Source of the DNA: a virus
Lineage: Duplodnaviria; Caudoviricetes
Virus record (IMG/VR): IMGVR_UViG_3300034073_002120
Length of the DNA: 64,000 nt
Direction: 5' to 3' (one strand)
Made by a program: the position numbers and the translations under genes. Positions 38,918 to 48,832 of the stretch are shown piece after piece. Each line of letters opens with the position of its first letter. Within the stretch, counting starts at the first letter, position 1. Under the pieces are notes generated by a model, which did not search any database, was not told where the DNA came from, and saw nothing but the letters and a program-made list of their open reading frames with translations.

Positions 38918-39334
38918 ATGATAAATTTAAAAGTAGCAACAAAGGTAGAAGTTAAAGAATCACCGATACATGGAATGGGTGTATTTGCTATTGAAGAAAT
39001 CAAAGCAGGTGAAGTGATTGAGGAATGTCATTTAATAACACTTCCATTTAAACCAGGCGAACAATCATTTTTTCTATATGATTATAAATTCAATTATCCG
39101 GCAGAAGGTAAGTTAGAAGAATATGTTTTACCATTAGGTAATGGGTGTATATATAATCATTCTGATACTAATAATGCATATTGGAGAAACCACCCACAAC
39201 ATAAGGCATTTCAGTTTGTTGCTATCAAAGATATAAAAGTAGGTGAAGAAATTTGTACTTATTATGGTGATGCTAATTATTGGAAATTAGTAGAAACATT
39301 TAAAACTAAAAATATCAAATTATCTATAATATGA
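38918..39334 (+). CDS. SET-domain protein-lysine methyltransferase
   Basis: SPIHGMGVFA, YNHSDTNNA, KDIKVGEEICTYY; ends KLSII. Confidence 0.9.
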   Translation: MINLKVATKVEVKESPIHGMGVFAIEEIKAGEVIEECHLITLPFKPGEQSFFLYDYKFNYPAEGKLEEYVLPLGNGCIYNHSDTNNAYWRNHPQHKAFQFVAIKDIKVGEEICTYYGDANYWKLVETFKTKNIKLSII

Positions 39335-40584
39335 AAATATATGTACACCACTATTATAGTAAAATACTTTTTTATAAATTAGCACATAATAGTAATAATA
39401 AATTTATTGAAGTTGATTTAAATACCAATATTGGTTCTGCATATTGTAATTATAATGGTGTAGATATTGAATTTTATTTTAATCCAGAAATAAATGATAA
39501 TACTGATGGGTTACATTTATTAGATTTTTTTTCAGCATTACTACAAAGATATACAGATTCTACCTATATGGAATTGAATATTGGTGATGTACAAGATACA
39601 CCAATAGTTAGTAAATTTGTAGAACTATTAGAAAATAAAAAAAATTGGATAATTACATTATTTAGAACTGAGCGTATTTTAACAAAAAGTGATTTAGATA
39701 CTACCATACACATAGATGAGTTAGAATCACAAATACAATTGTTAAAAAATCACAAAATAATATCTGATAATTTATTTATAAATGATAATATTAGATATAG
39801 ATTTCCAAACATTTATTTTGCATTTACAAATACAATATGGCAATGGAATGAAATAATTGGAATACGATGGTATTATGAATACAAACAAATATTTGAGAAA
39901 TTAAATTTTGATTATGATTTAATGTATTCAGTTCGTAATCATAAAAAATATAGATGTGATATATTAAAAGGTTTGGCTAAACTAAATAATAAAAAATTAT
40001 TATTACAAAGAACCAATTCAGCACCGGTAAGTAAATTTTATAACACATATGAAAATGAATTATCAGAAATAGATAATATTCATTTTAATTCAATTAATGG
40101 TACTACCGATTTTGAAAATATAACTTTAATACAATATCAAAGTGGATTGACTTGGGATTTATGGTTTAGAATGCTATCAAAAGCCAAAATTCAAATATTA
40201 GATGAAAGTTGGGCTCATTCTAAAGATGAATTTCAAAATCAATATTTTTCTGAAAAAACATTAGGATTAGTTCTTGCAAATATACCATTTGTATCTACTC
40301 ATTCATATCCATTAGAAATGTTACAAAAAGTATTAAACATTTCAGAACATCCGTTTTATAATGAAGCAAAATTATATAAAGGTAATGTAGATTTATTTGT
40401 ATCGTTTATTGATTCCTTTTTAAAAAATTTTGATGAGAACTATAAAAAAATAAAGGAATGGACAAATGAATGTCATATTGCGTTTGTTAAAAAAATAGAA
40501 TCGGAAAATACTATGTTAGATATGTTATTAGATGATTTTAAAACAGAAAATGATAAAATTAATTCAAATAAAAAGTTTTTGTAA
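39331..40584 (+). CDS. Putative glycosyltransferase-like protein (GT10-like FSEKT motif)
   Basis: QILDES...FSEKT...IPFV; ends NKKFL. Confidence 0.4.
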   Translation: MKIYVHHYYSKILFYKLAHNSNNKFIEVDLNTNIGSAYCNYNGVDIEFYFNPEINDNTDGLHLLDFFSALLQRYTDSTYMELNIGDVQDTPIVSKFVELLENKKNWIITLFRTERILTKSDLDTTIHIDELESQIQLLKNHKIISDNLFINDNIRYRFPNIYFAFTNTIWQWNEIIGIRWYYEYKQIFEKLNFDYDLMYSVRNHKKYRCDILKGLAKLNNKKLLLQRTNSAPVSKFYNTYENELSEIDNIHFNSINGTTDFENITLIQYQSGLTWDLWFRMLSKAKIQILDESWAHSKDEFQNQYFSEKTLGLVLANIPFVSTHSYPLEMLQKVLNISEHPFYNEAKLYKGNVDLFVSFIDSFLKNFDENYKKIKEWTNECHIAFVKKIESENTMLDMLLDDFKTENDKINSNKKFL

Positions 40585-41063
40585 TGAAATTATATAACGA
40601 TACTGAATTAAAATTTTTAAATTCATTTTGGGAAAATGTAGATTATCGAAAGTTTGATGATAGAAGTTATGAATTTGCTGTTATGATGAATAACGAGATG
40701 GATATAACTACTAAATTATTAGATTGGTTTGAAAATGAAAGTGGTGAAAAACTTATACATAAGAAATATAGTTTAATAATACACAAATATAATGTTGGTG
40801 ATTATTTCGATAAACACATAGATTCGGTTGAACGTAATTATAAAAATAGAGCATATGTTGTTGGGTTTCATATAAACGATGAATATGATGGTGGTGATTA
40901 TATATTATATAACCCAAACGAAATCATAGATAAAGGACCAGGCGTACCTTACTGTTTTAAATCAAATAGATTGCATGAAATAACAAAAATAACAAATGGT
41001 ATTAGAAAAAGTGCATTGATTTTTATCAATCACGAAGATTTAGTAAAAAAGAATTTATTATGA
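40584..41063 (+). CDS. 2OG-Fe(II) oxygenase
   Basis: HID, YDGGD, HEI...RKSA; ends KKNLL. Confidence 0.85.
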   Translation: MKLYNDTELKFLNSFWENVDYRKFDDRSYEFAVMMNNEMDITTKLLDWFENESGEKLIHKKYSLIIHKYNVGDYFDKHIDSVERNYKNRAYVVGFHINDEYDGGDYILYNPNEIIDKGPGVPYCFKSNRLHEITKITNGIRKSALIFINHEDLVKKNLL

Positions 41064-41539
41064 TAAATTTTGAATTAAATATTTCAGATTATAACCAAAT
41101 TGAAGAACTTAGTATATTAAGATATAATGAAGTATTATCCGATGATATTAAAAAACTAATATATTTTTTTAATGAAGAATATAAATGGGATGGTATGTTT
41201 ATATTTGATGATGTTCAAACTAGAATAAATAATGGTCATCATTTGTTTATTTTATATTATGGTAATAACGCAATTGGTTATGTGTTTTATGAACCAAAAG
41301 AGAATAACGAATTTTATTTATATAATTTGTATGTTACAAATTGTTACAAAAGACCAAATTATTCAGCACAATGGTTTGTAAATAAAACTATTGGAATGTT
41401 GCCAATACCTATTTCGAAAATATCATGTATATGTGAAGATTGGCATGTTGCAGCTCATAATGTATTTACTATAAATGGATTTGAAACAAAAAAAAAGAGT
41501 CACCAAACTGATGACTCTTTACAAAAAATGAGAGATTAA
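41060..41539 (+). CDS. GNAT-fold acetyltransferase-like protein
   Basis: AIGYVFY, YLYNLYV, WHVAAHNVFTINGF. Confidence 0.45.
   Translation: MINFELNISDYNQIEELSILRYNEVLSDDIKKLIYFFNEEYKWDGMFIFDDVQTRINNGHHLFILYYGNNAIGYVFYEPKENNEFYLYNLYVTNCYKRPNYSAQWFVNKTIGMLPIPISKISCICEDWHVAAHNVFTINGFETKKKSHQTDDSLQKMRD
41488..41520 (-). terminator. Intrinsic terminator for the sHSP transcript
   Basis: aaagagtca-tcagtttgg-tgactcttt plus T run. Confidence 0.75.
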
Positions 41540-41544
41540 AAAAA

Positions 41545-41967
41545 CTACTTTACTTTTACTGAAATTTTCTTTTGTTTTGCTTCTGCTTTCTTTGGAATAG
41601 TAATCAATAAAATACCATTCTCTACTTCTGCAGATGTTTGTGTAATATCGTAATTAGATGAAATACGAATGTTGTGCTCTAATGTTGAAACCAAATTATT
41701 TTGGATTGAACCTTCGGAGTATAAACTTTCTGCCTTAATTTTTAATAAGTTTCCATCAACATCAATTGAAATATTTTCTTTTGGATGTCCTACCACCTGA
41801 AACGCTAATTCGTATGAATCATCATTCTGTTTAGTATATCCAACCGCAGTATCTCGTAATGTTGTTGATGTTTTCCAAGTAGGTAAATCCTTCTCAAATA
41901 AATCTAATAAGTGTCCTAAATTTGCTGTGTACATAATCTTTTCTTTTTTAGTTAAACAATACATCAT
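41545..41967 (-). CDS. Small heat-shock protein (Hsp20)
   Basis: Alpha-crystallin pattern, AEVENGILLITIPK. Confidence 0.88.
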   Translation of the reverse strand: MMYCLTKKEKIMYTANLGHLLDLFEKDLPTWKTSTTLRDTAVGYTKQNDDSYELAFQVVGHPKENISIDVDGNLLKIKAESLYSEGSIQNNLVSTLEHNIRISSNYDITQTSAEVENGILLITIPKKAEAKQKKISVKVK

Positions 41968-42044
41968 ATATTACAAATCTCATACCATCAGATACTATAT
42001 GACATATTGTCAGTATTTTAAAAATCTATTTGACAACTTGTCAG

Positions 42045-42704
42045 TTAGAATGGTTGGGAATCTTCCCATTGCTTATTTTCTTGTCTACAAGACATATGGT
42101 CAGCCCAATGTAGAATGTACGGAAGGTCGGTTTTTAACCTCATTTCGGGGCGGAAACTAATAAAGTAAGGTTTAGTACCTTCGTTGTATAATCCATCTGC
42201 TAACATAATCCCAATCATCTCCTTTTCGGTATATTTGATTCCATATTGATTCAATAACCACAACGCCCTATGTGTTACATCCATATAATGATTCTCACCA
42301 TTTATCTTAAACATAGAACCCTGATTCTTCTTATGCCAATCGGATTCTTCCTCAATATAATGTGGTTTACCTTTTGTACCCAATTTACCTAAATCGTGAT
42401 GGAATGCTGCAAAGAATAATTCCTCATCGGTAAAATCAACTTTGATTCCACCTTCTTCATAAATCTTCTTCATTTTGTACGCATTACGGGCAACGTTCAT
42501 CACATGGTCTAAATAACCACCGGTATATGCCGAATGGTAATGTTCTTTACCACTCGCAGGTGCTAGAACTAATTCAGTTCCCAATTCTTCTTCGGAATAC
42601 ATGAATTTTAATTTTTCCAATCGTTCACCACTAAATACTTTACTCAATGCCTCTATGAATTTATCATAATTCTTTTGTAGGTCTTCTGCTGTGTAACTTT
42701 TCAT
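42045..42704 (-). CDS. HD-domain phosphohydrolase
   Basis: GGYLDHV, FHHDLGK, HWAD. Confidence 0.85.
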   Translation of the reverse strand: MKSYTAEDLQKNYDKFIEALSKVFSGERLEKLKFMYSEEELGTELVLAPASGKEHYHSAYTGGYLDHVMNVARNAYKMKKIYEEGGIKVDFTDEELFFAAFHHDLGKLGTKGKPHYIEEESDWHKKNQGSMFKINGENHYMDVTHRALWLLNQYGIKYTEKEMIGIMLADGLYNEGTKPYFISFRPEMRLKTDLPYILHWADHMSCRQENKQWEDSQPF

Positions 42705-42714
42705 AATTTATATT

Positions 42715-43044
42715 TTAATCATTTATTTCCATTCCTGTCAGAGCTCGGTAAAGAATTTCTAATTGTTCTTCACTTTCACAAAATCCTAATCCTAAAAAAT
42801 CCTCAATCTCAATAACATAACTACCTTCTGGTAATCCAATTTCTTTCCACTCATCATTCATAGATGAAATTAAAATTGGTGCATCATCAGATGGATTATC
42901 TTTGGGTAAAGGTAATATCCAATAATATCCACTCGGCCCTTCTGATTCATCTTCTTGTATCCTTTCCCAGCCTTGTCTTTCAAACGTTTCTTCGGTAATT
43001 AAACTCTCCGGAAACGCAATTGGTGTCATTTTTTGCTTACTCAC
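42715..43044 (-). CDS. Hypothetical protein
   Basis: 109-aa ORF in operon. Confidence 0.6.
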   Translation of the reverse strand: MSKQKMTPIAFPESLITEETFERQGWERIQEDESEGPSGYYWILPLPKDNPSDDAPILISSMNDEWKEIGLPEGSYVIEIEDFLGLGFCESEEQLEILYRALTGMEIND

Positions 43045-43625
43045 TCTAATACTATGTTTATTTGTTTTTTTACTTTATATTCTAAAATTGTACAAGTTAT
43101 TCGCATCGTATCACCTTTCATTTTGTAGATTGGTGCAATGACCGTATTTATTTCCCCGTTTGTGCCGGCATATGAAGATGTATTTATAGTTGGTACTAAC
43201 TCATCCTTCCAAGTAGTAATAGGGGGTAAATTAACGTAATTACGTGAACCATCGAGGGGATTGATATATAGTTTGGTTACGTTTGATATTGTATCACCTT
43301 TTAATAACCACCAAAATAAATTATTTTCCCATTCTACCTTTATTGGTTCAACTGAATTTTTAACATTACCAGTAATTCGATGTATTGTTTGTGTAGATGT
43401 TGAAATAAGTTGTAAATGATAATATCCGTTTTTATCTATTGGTAATCTACCATCCAATTCTAATGTTGGTGTTGGTTTGGTGGATGGGTTAGATAGCTGT
43501 GTAGTTTGTTGGGTTGGCCCCCATTGCGGTTCTCCAATATCCTCTTTACTACAAGCCGTAAATAGTAAACAGCCGAATACTAACCATTTAATTCTCATAA
43601 CAATTTGTTTAAGATTGCTTTCCAA
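43041..43625 (-). CDS. Putative lipoprotein
   Basis: Lipobox LFTA-C. Confidence 0.65.
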   Translation of the reverse strand: MESNLKQIVMRIKWLVFGCLLFTACSKEDIGEPQWGPTQQTTQLSNPSTKPTPTLELDGRLPIDKNGYYHLQLISTSTQTIHRITGNVKNSVEPIKVEWENNLFWWLLKGDTISNVTKLYINPLDGSRNYVNLPPITTWKDELVPTINTSSYAGTNGEINTVIAPIYKMKGDTMRITCTILEYKVKKQINIVLE

Positions 43626-44080
43626 TTCGGATACTCATTCCAAGTTTCGGTTTCATATGCCCAACCAAATCGTAACAACTCACCTCTAAACTCACCCGCT
43701 CCGTTTTTCAATCTATCATCGATTAAGTAATCACCACCTAAAAGGTCTTTTCGGTGAGTAACAATCATTTTCTTGTGGAATAAATCACCAAAGTATTCTT
43801 CAATCCAATAACGTTTATCAGAAGCAGAATCGGGATTTCCCCACGGGGCTGCGGTAGCGATGAATAATTCGTACTTACCACTTTCTGCCAATTTCTTAAC
43901 TGCCTCAATTGCCCCTTCGTATGGAGGAGGATTTCGGAATATACCAGGAATATGGTCAGGACATTTCTTATACTTTTCAATTAAATGTGGATGACGTTCG
44001 AACCATCTATCAAACTCTGCTTTCAAATCCACTAACACACCGTCCATATCGATGTAAACTATCTTTTTCTTTTCACTCAT
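43595..44080 (-). CDS. 5'(3')-deoxyribonucleotidase (HAD, NT5C family)
   Basis: VYIDMDGVLVD, ATAAPW, GDYLIDDR. Confidence 0.9.
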   Translation of the reverse strand: MSEKKKIVYIDMDGVLVDLKAEFDRWFERHPHLIEKYKKCPDHIPGIFRNPPPYEGAIEAVKKLAESGKYELFIATAAPWGNPDSASDKRYWIEEYFGDLFHKKMIVTHRKDLLGGDYLIDDRLKNGAGEFRGELLRFGWAYETETWNEYPNWKAILNKLL

Positions 44081-44116
44081 TATCTTTTTGTTTTATTATC
44101 TCTCAATCTTATACAG

Positions 44117-44149
44117 CTAATATACAACCTTTTTTTGTATTTTCCAAAT
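44117..44149 (-). promoter_or_regulatory. Bacteroidota-type early promoter
   Basis: ATTTGGAAA...TTGTATATTAG. Confidence 0.7.
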
Positions 44150-44193
44150 GTTTTTCAATATATTTTTTAATATAATACATAATTTATTGATTA

Positions 44194-45378
44194 TCAATAG
44201 AATATGGTTTTTACCCATTTTCCACCTATTTTCTTATATCCATTCCATTTAGAATCATGATAGTTCTCTGCAACCAACTCTACAATCCCATCCTTATCCA
44301 TATCATCTACTTTAAATGATGACCATCCGTATTTATCGGATTGACCAATTACACCCCCACCATCGATGGAATCATCAAAAAATGAAAGGTCTAATGAGTA
44401 TCCAGAGGATGTTTTTATGTAGGTGAATATCTTTGTTTGAATTTGAGATTTATCACCCCGCAATTCCACAATATCTAAAACCCCATCTCCATTCACATCC
44501 AAAAACTCAATATCCACACAAAATGGAAATTGTGAATTTTTAGGGAATTGGGTTGTAGTTGCTCCTATTAAAGTTTGGTTATTGTAAATAATCATAGTGT
44601 TTCCATATTCATCATTTCCACCTACAATAATATCATCTTTACCATCACCATCCATATCCAATATTTCATATACTAAAATAGCTTGGGTGTATTTATTTAG
44701 TTCTACATTTGATTTTGTAAAATTTCCAGTACCATCTCCATACCAAACAAACGTAGCAGTTATAACATCTACGTTTCCATCATTATTCAAATCACCACAT
44801 GCTCCATTATGAAACCAATATTTGTTTGGATTTGGAATTGTTAATAGATTAAATGTTTTTTGTGAAGTAGAAAGTAATACATTAAAATTTCCACTATAAT
44901 TACCTTGTATACGTTCATCCACCCCCAATAATATAAAATCTGGTTTACCATCTTTATTTATTTCGGTTTTTAAAATTTTATGTGCTGAGAGTCCAAATGT
45001 AGATGTATTTATATATGTAGTATCTGAAATGAATTGGGTATCATCTCCTTTATTTATATACCATACAATTCCATTATTAATTTTAGAAACTAAAATATCT
45101 TCCTTCCCATCTCCATTTACATCAGAATATGCATGACCACCATTGTATTCCATTCGTTCGTAATTATTTAAATTTGTTCTACTAGGATTATCTATTGTAG
45201 AGTAATTCCACGTAAAAGCAATGCCAGATATTTGATTACGATATGATTCCGAAAATATGGGTTTTAAAACAGGTGGGATTGGTTGTGGTGATGGTATATC
45301 TTCCTTAGAACAACTAGCAAGTAGTAGTAAAATAGGTAAGTAAAGCCAACTCTTTTTCTTTTTCAAATTTTTTAACAT
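44194..45378 (-). CDS. FG-GAP/VCBS-repeat lipoprotein
   Basis: Lipobox LLAS-C; repeated DxNxDGxxD motifs. Confidence 0.8.
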   Translation of the reverse strand: MLKNLKKKKSWLYLPILLLLASCSKEDIPSPQPIPPVLKPIFSESYRNQISGIAFTWNYSTIDNPSRTNLNNYERMEYNGGHAYSDVNGDGKEDILVSKINNGIVWYINKGDDTQFISDTTYINTSTFGLSAHKILKTEINKDGKPDFILLGVDERIQGNYSGNFNVLLSTSQKTFNLLTIPNPNKYWFHNGACGDLNNDGNVDVITATFVWYGDGTGNFTKSNVELNKYTQAILVYEILDMDGDGKDDIIVGGNDEYGNTMIIYNNQTLIGATTTQFPKNSQFPFCVDIEFLDVNGDGVLDIVELRGDKSQIQTKIFTYIKTSSGYSLDLSFFDDSIDGGGVIGQSDKYGWSSFKVDDMDKDGIVELVAENYHDSKWNGYKKIGGKWVKTIFY

Positions 45379-45736
45379 TTATTTTAAGATTTAATTTTTC
45401 AGCAATTTCCCAACCTCGATTCCAAGCATCTAATTCATTTAAGAATTGACCCATCATAAATTCCTTTGGATGTTCATCCGAATCAATATTTTTATATGCG
45501 TTTGAACCGATATTGGTTACCGGTTGTAATACGTGTCCACATTCATGTAGTAACGCAAACAATCCGTTTTCATTCAAATCATAATTGTGATGAATGAAAA
45601 TTTGTCGGTTGAAGTGTCCCATAAAACAAGTAGAATTAGAAAGTGAAACCTCAATGCCTTTTAGGTCATTGATATAATCAACTACTTTCTGAAACTTAAT
45701 TGGAAACTTACGATTTTTGAATTTATATTTACCCAT
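45314..45736 (-). CDS. Small HExxH metallopeptidase-like protein
   Basis: LLHECGH, ELDAW. Confidence 0.55.
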   Translation of the reverse strand: MGKYKFKNRKFPIKFQKVVDYINDLKGIEVSLSNSTCFMGHFNRQIFIHHNYDLNENGLFALLHECGHVLQPVTNIGSNAYKNIDSDEHPKEFMMGQFLNELDAWNRGWEIAEKLNLKINVKKFEKEKELALLTYFTTTC

Positions 45737-45756
45737 AGTGTGTTCTTATTACAAAG

Positions 45757-45789
45757 CTAACATACGAAATTATTTTCATATATCCTAAT
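45757..45789 (-). promoter_or_regulatory. Bacteroidota-type early promoter
   Basis: ATTAGGATA...TTCGTATGTTAG. Confidence 0.7.
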
Positions 45790-45794
45790 ATTTT

Positions 45795-46160
45795 TTAATA
45801 AAATTTTATTCCGTGTCTTTCTTCGAATTTTTCAATAACTAATTCAGCAGATTTTTTATATCCTTTACTATCCAACATTTTATATGCTAATCTATCTGCC
45901 TCGATTTCATCATTTGGATTATGTTCTTTCGAATGACCTAATTGGTAATGTGCAACTTCATGTGCTTCAATAAACTTATGAACGACTTTTCCTAATTTAC
46001 GTTCGCCATCTATTACGATTAAATTAAATGCGGGGATGATAAATCCAAACCCATATTCATCAAACATAGGTTTGATTACATTATAACGGAAATCATCCTT
46101 TCCCATAATTGCAACTTCTAACGCAGAATTGAATTCACTTTTGAATTGTTTTGTTTTCAT
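45795..46160 (-). CDS. Small HExxH metallopeptidase-like protein (ImmA/IrrE-like)
   Basis: HEVAH...EIEAD. Confidence 0.6.
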   Translation of the reverse strand: MKTKQFKSEFNSALEVAIMGKDDFRYNVIKPMFDEYGFGFIIPAFNLIVIDGERKLGKVVHKFIEAHEVAHYQLGHSKEHNPNDEIEADRLAYKMLDSKGYKKSAELVIEKFEERHGIKFY

Positions 46161-46597
46161 ATAAATAATTTATAATCGGTTTCACGTTCGTAGGCAATCG
46201 TTTCATATGGGTGATTACTATAATCATACCCCATTTTATAATATCGAGTCATCCAACTCGGTGATTGCAAATAATGTTGATATTCGTGGATTAGGGTTCT
46301 AACCAAATCTTCGGTATTTTTTATATTTTTCCAATATATTATCAATTCATTATTTAGGGAACAATACTCACCAATCAAATCTTTATCATCTGCATCGGAA
46401 TATGGTGAATCTTCAATTACCAACCAGGGGCTTTCCATTTGGAATTTAGATTCTCCATAATGGGTTATTATCTTATCAAAGTATTGGTTAATTAGGCGGG
46501 ATATATCTCTCTTATTCATATATGCTAATATACGAACATTTATTGGATTTTCCAAATAAAAAGGGTAGTTTTTCACTACCCTTTGATTATCAATCAC
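46157..46597 (-). CDS. Small HExxH metallopeptidase-like protein
   Basis: LIHEYQHYLQ...HPYE. Confidence 0.6.
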   Translation of the reverse strand: MIDNQRVVKNYPFYLENPINVRILAYMNKRDISRLINQYFDKIITHYGESKFQMESPWLVIEDSPYSDADDKDLIGEYCSLNNELIIYWKNIKNTEDLVRTLIHEYQHYLQSPSWMTRYYKMGYDYSNHPYETIAYERETDYKLFI

Positions 46598-47322
46598 TTA
46601 TGTTTTTTTTCTATTGTTTCGTTGAATTCGGTGTATGCATCTAATAAGGCATCTACCACAGGATGTCTATGATTGGTAAGTAAGGTTTGAGAATCCATAT
46701 CCTTAATTTTCCTTGCTGCTGATAAAAGGAATTTGAACCCAGAATCTTCTCTATATTTCAAATCCACTTGTTGTGTATCACCACAAATTACCATTTTACT
46801 ACGAATACCCAAACGAGATGTAATCATTTCCATTTGAGTGTTAGTGCAGTTTTGTGCTTCATCAACAATAATAAATGAATCTAAAAAGGTTCTACCTCTC
46901 ATAAACGCAAGAGGAACAATTTCAACTTGTCCACTTTCTAAAATCTTATCGATTTTTTCCTTATTATATAATTGGTAAAAATTAGAATATACCGGTTGCA
47001 TCCACGGCTCCATTTTCTCTCTCAAATCTCCTGGTAGGAAACCAATTTCTTCTTTACTAACTGTGGGGCGAGTAATTATGATTTTATTGATTTTCTTTTT
47101 GAATAACATATCAAGAGCAACCTGACATGCTAAAAGTGTTTTACCACTACCTGCTTTACCACTTAGGATAGTAATTGCATTATTGAGAATCTTTTCTTTC
47201 GCCTCTTTTTGTTCTTCGTTTAATTGTAACTGAAACTTAATTGGAGCCTTTGGTCTATTTGTTATTTCGTCTTTAATCTGGTCTGTCAATTGTTTGTGTT
47301 TTGTAGATTGATTCTCTGCCAT
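46594..47322 (-). CDS. phoH: PhoH-like ATPase
   Basis: GKAGSGKT, ITRP, IGFLPG, MRGRTF, DEAQN, GDTQQVD. Confidence 0.93.
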   Translation of the reverse strand: MAENQSTKHKQLTDQIKDEITNRPKAPIKFQLQLNEEQKEAKEKILNNAITILSGKAGSGKTLLACQVALDMLFKKKINKIIITRPTVSKEEIGFLPGDLREKMEPWMQPVYSNFYQLYNKEKIDKILESGQVEIVPLAFMRGRTFLDSFIIVDEAQNCTNTQMEMITSRLGIRSKMVICGDTQQVDLKYREDSGFKFLLSAARKIKDMDSQTLLTNHRHPVVDALLDAYTEFNETIEKKHK

Positions 47323-47337
47323 AAAATTGGAACTTGT

Positions 47338-47697
47338 TTAAATTAACTTTTTGGTTTCTCTTTTCTTCCTCGTGGGTTTCTTATAGTTAAGTATGTCTTC
47401 TTTATATTTTACAATTTTACCACACATCTCATATTCCTCTTTTTCTTTGAACCATTCTAAACAATGGTCTAAGGCTTCGATGTATTCTTCTTTTGGAACT
47501 AATGATATTGCCGATGCATTTGGATGAACTAAGATAGCAACTTCATCCCATCCTTTTAATCCGGCGTTGTGGATGTTTTGCGATACTTGATTCATTACAT
47601 CGAATCCTCGAGTTTCTAAAAACTTTTGAACTCTTTTATCATTAGTTGGTTCTAAATATTTTCGCCAATCGATTGTTGTAAAGGTTCTTCTTTTCAT
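47338..47697 (-). CDS. Hypothetical protein with EEYExC motif
   Basis: 119 aa; ends TKKLI. Confidence 0.55.
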   Translation of the reverse strand: MKRRTFTTIDWRKYLEPTNDKRVQKFLETRGFDVMNQVSQNIHNAGLKGWDEVAILVHPNASAISLVPKEEYIEALDHCLEWFKEKEEYEMCGKIVKYKEDILNYKKPTRKKRETKKLI

Positions 47698-47719
47698 AAG
47701 TATTCATATTGGGTTAATA

Positions 47720-48613
47720 TTAACGATAATTATATTCACCATTTCGGAAACGAATTACATCACTACCACCACTTATATCTTCTGGATAATATTGGTTATA
47801 TTTTGAATTATAATACACCGGTTGCTGTGGTGGTATATTTTTAGGGTTAGGTTCTTCGACCGGGAGTGGTGTTGGTTCTGCTTTAATCGGTAAACTCTTT
47901 TCAGATGGTTTCGTTTTTTTAATAACATCCGGTATTAAAGTATCACTTGTTGTCTCATCTGCGAAAACTTTATCTTCTAATGTTTGTTTTAAATACTTAT
48001 CCCAACCTACTCCAAAATCTCCAGTTGGATTATGTTTACTAACCCAACTACCGATTCCATCAATTGGATATTTTGGGTCATCAATTTTATTACCAACATT
48101 TGTACTTCGGAATTGGTCGGTGAATACACTCAGCCATTGAATATGTAATAGCATATCTTCAATAGTTGAAATGGTTTTGGTTACTTCAACTTCTGCATAT
48201 TTTTCACCTATTGCTAATTTATTCTTTCTATGGTGGTTCTTTAAATCACCATAATCAATTGGAATAACAGCAACTGTGAATTTATTAAAATAAGGATTTT
48301 TTTCTTTTTTGGCTTCTTCTAACAATTTTTTAAAAGGAGCAGATGTCCATTCTTCAACAAAGCCTTCTTTTTCATCATAAAACTGAACGATAAATGAAAA
48401 ATCAACATAAGGATATGTTACGGGGTCTAAGGTTTGTATTTTATCAATAGGATATGTAAATAGGTCTATATATGCATTATCTCTATCATTCCCATATCTA
48501 CGTGTGTATTCACCCTTATCTTCATAATAAGATGATACATCAGTATTTGATACTGCAGGATATGAGTTTCGTAAACTACTTAAACGTTTATAATTCATAC
48601 CTATAAATATCAA
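47720..48613 (-). CDS. Hypothetical protein
   Basis: 297-aa ORF; ATATTTATA motif at 48602 suggests start at MNYK. Confidence 0.6.
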   Translation of the reverse strand: MIFIGMNYKRLSSLRNSYPAVSNTDVSSYYEDKGEYTRRYGNDRDNAYIDLFTYPIDKIQTLDPVTYPYVDFSFIVQFYDEKEGFVEEWTSAPFKKLLEEAKKEKNPYFNKFTVAVIPIDYGDLKNHHRKNKLAIGEKYAEVEVTKTISTIEDMLLHIQWLSVFTDQFRSTNVGNKIDDPKYPIDGIGSWVSKHNPTGDFGVGWDKYLKQTLEDKVFADETTSDTLIPDVIKKTKPSEKSLPIKAEPTPLPVEEPNPKNIPPQQPVYYNSKYNQYYPEDISGGSDVIRFRNGEYNYR

Positions 48614-48622
48614 CCAATAAAA

Positions 48623-48832
48623 TTATGTGGTTTCTGGAAGAGGTTCAATATCCTCAATAGTTCTACAAAATAAATAAGAAGATGTATGATTACTTTTAAA
48701 CGCAACATCACATTCCAACCATTCCTTTATAGCGTTCACATCCTTAACGGATTCAAATCGATATTCTGCAATCACCTGATACAATTTATCATTTATACGT
48801 TGTATTGGGTAATTAAAACTACTATACCTCAT
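48623..48832 (-). CDS. Hypothetical protein
   Basis: 69-aa ORF. Confidence 0.55.
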   Translation of the reverse strand: MRYSSFNYPIQRINDKLYQVIAEYRFESVKDVNAIKEWLECDVAFKSNHTSSYLFCRTIEDIEPLPETT

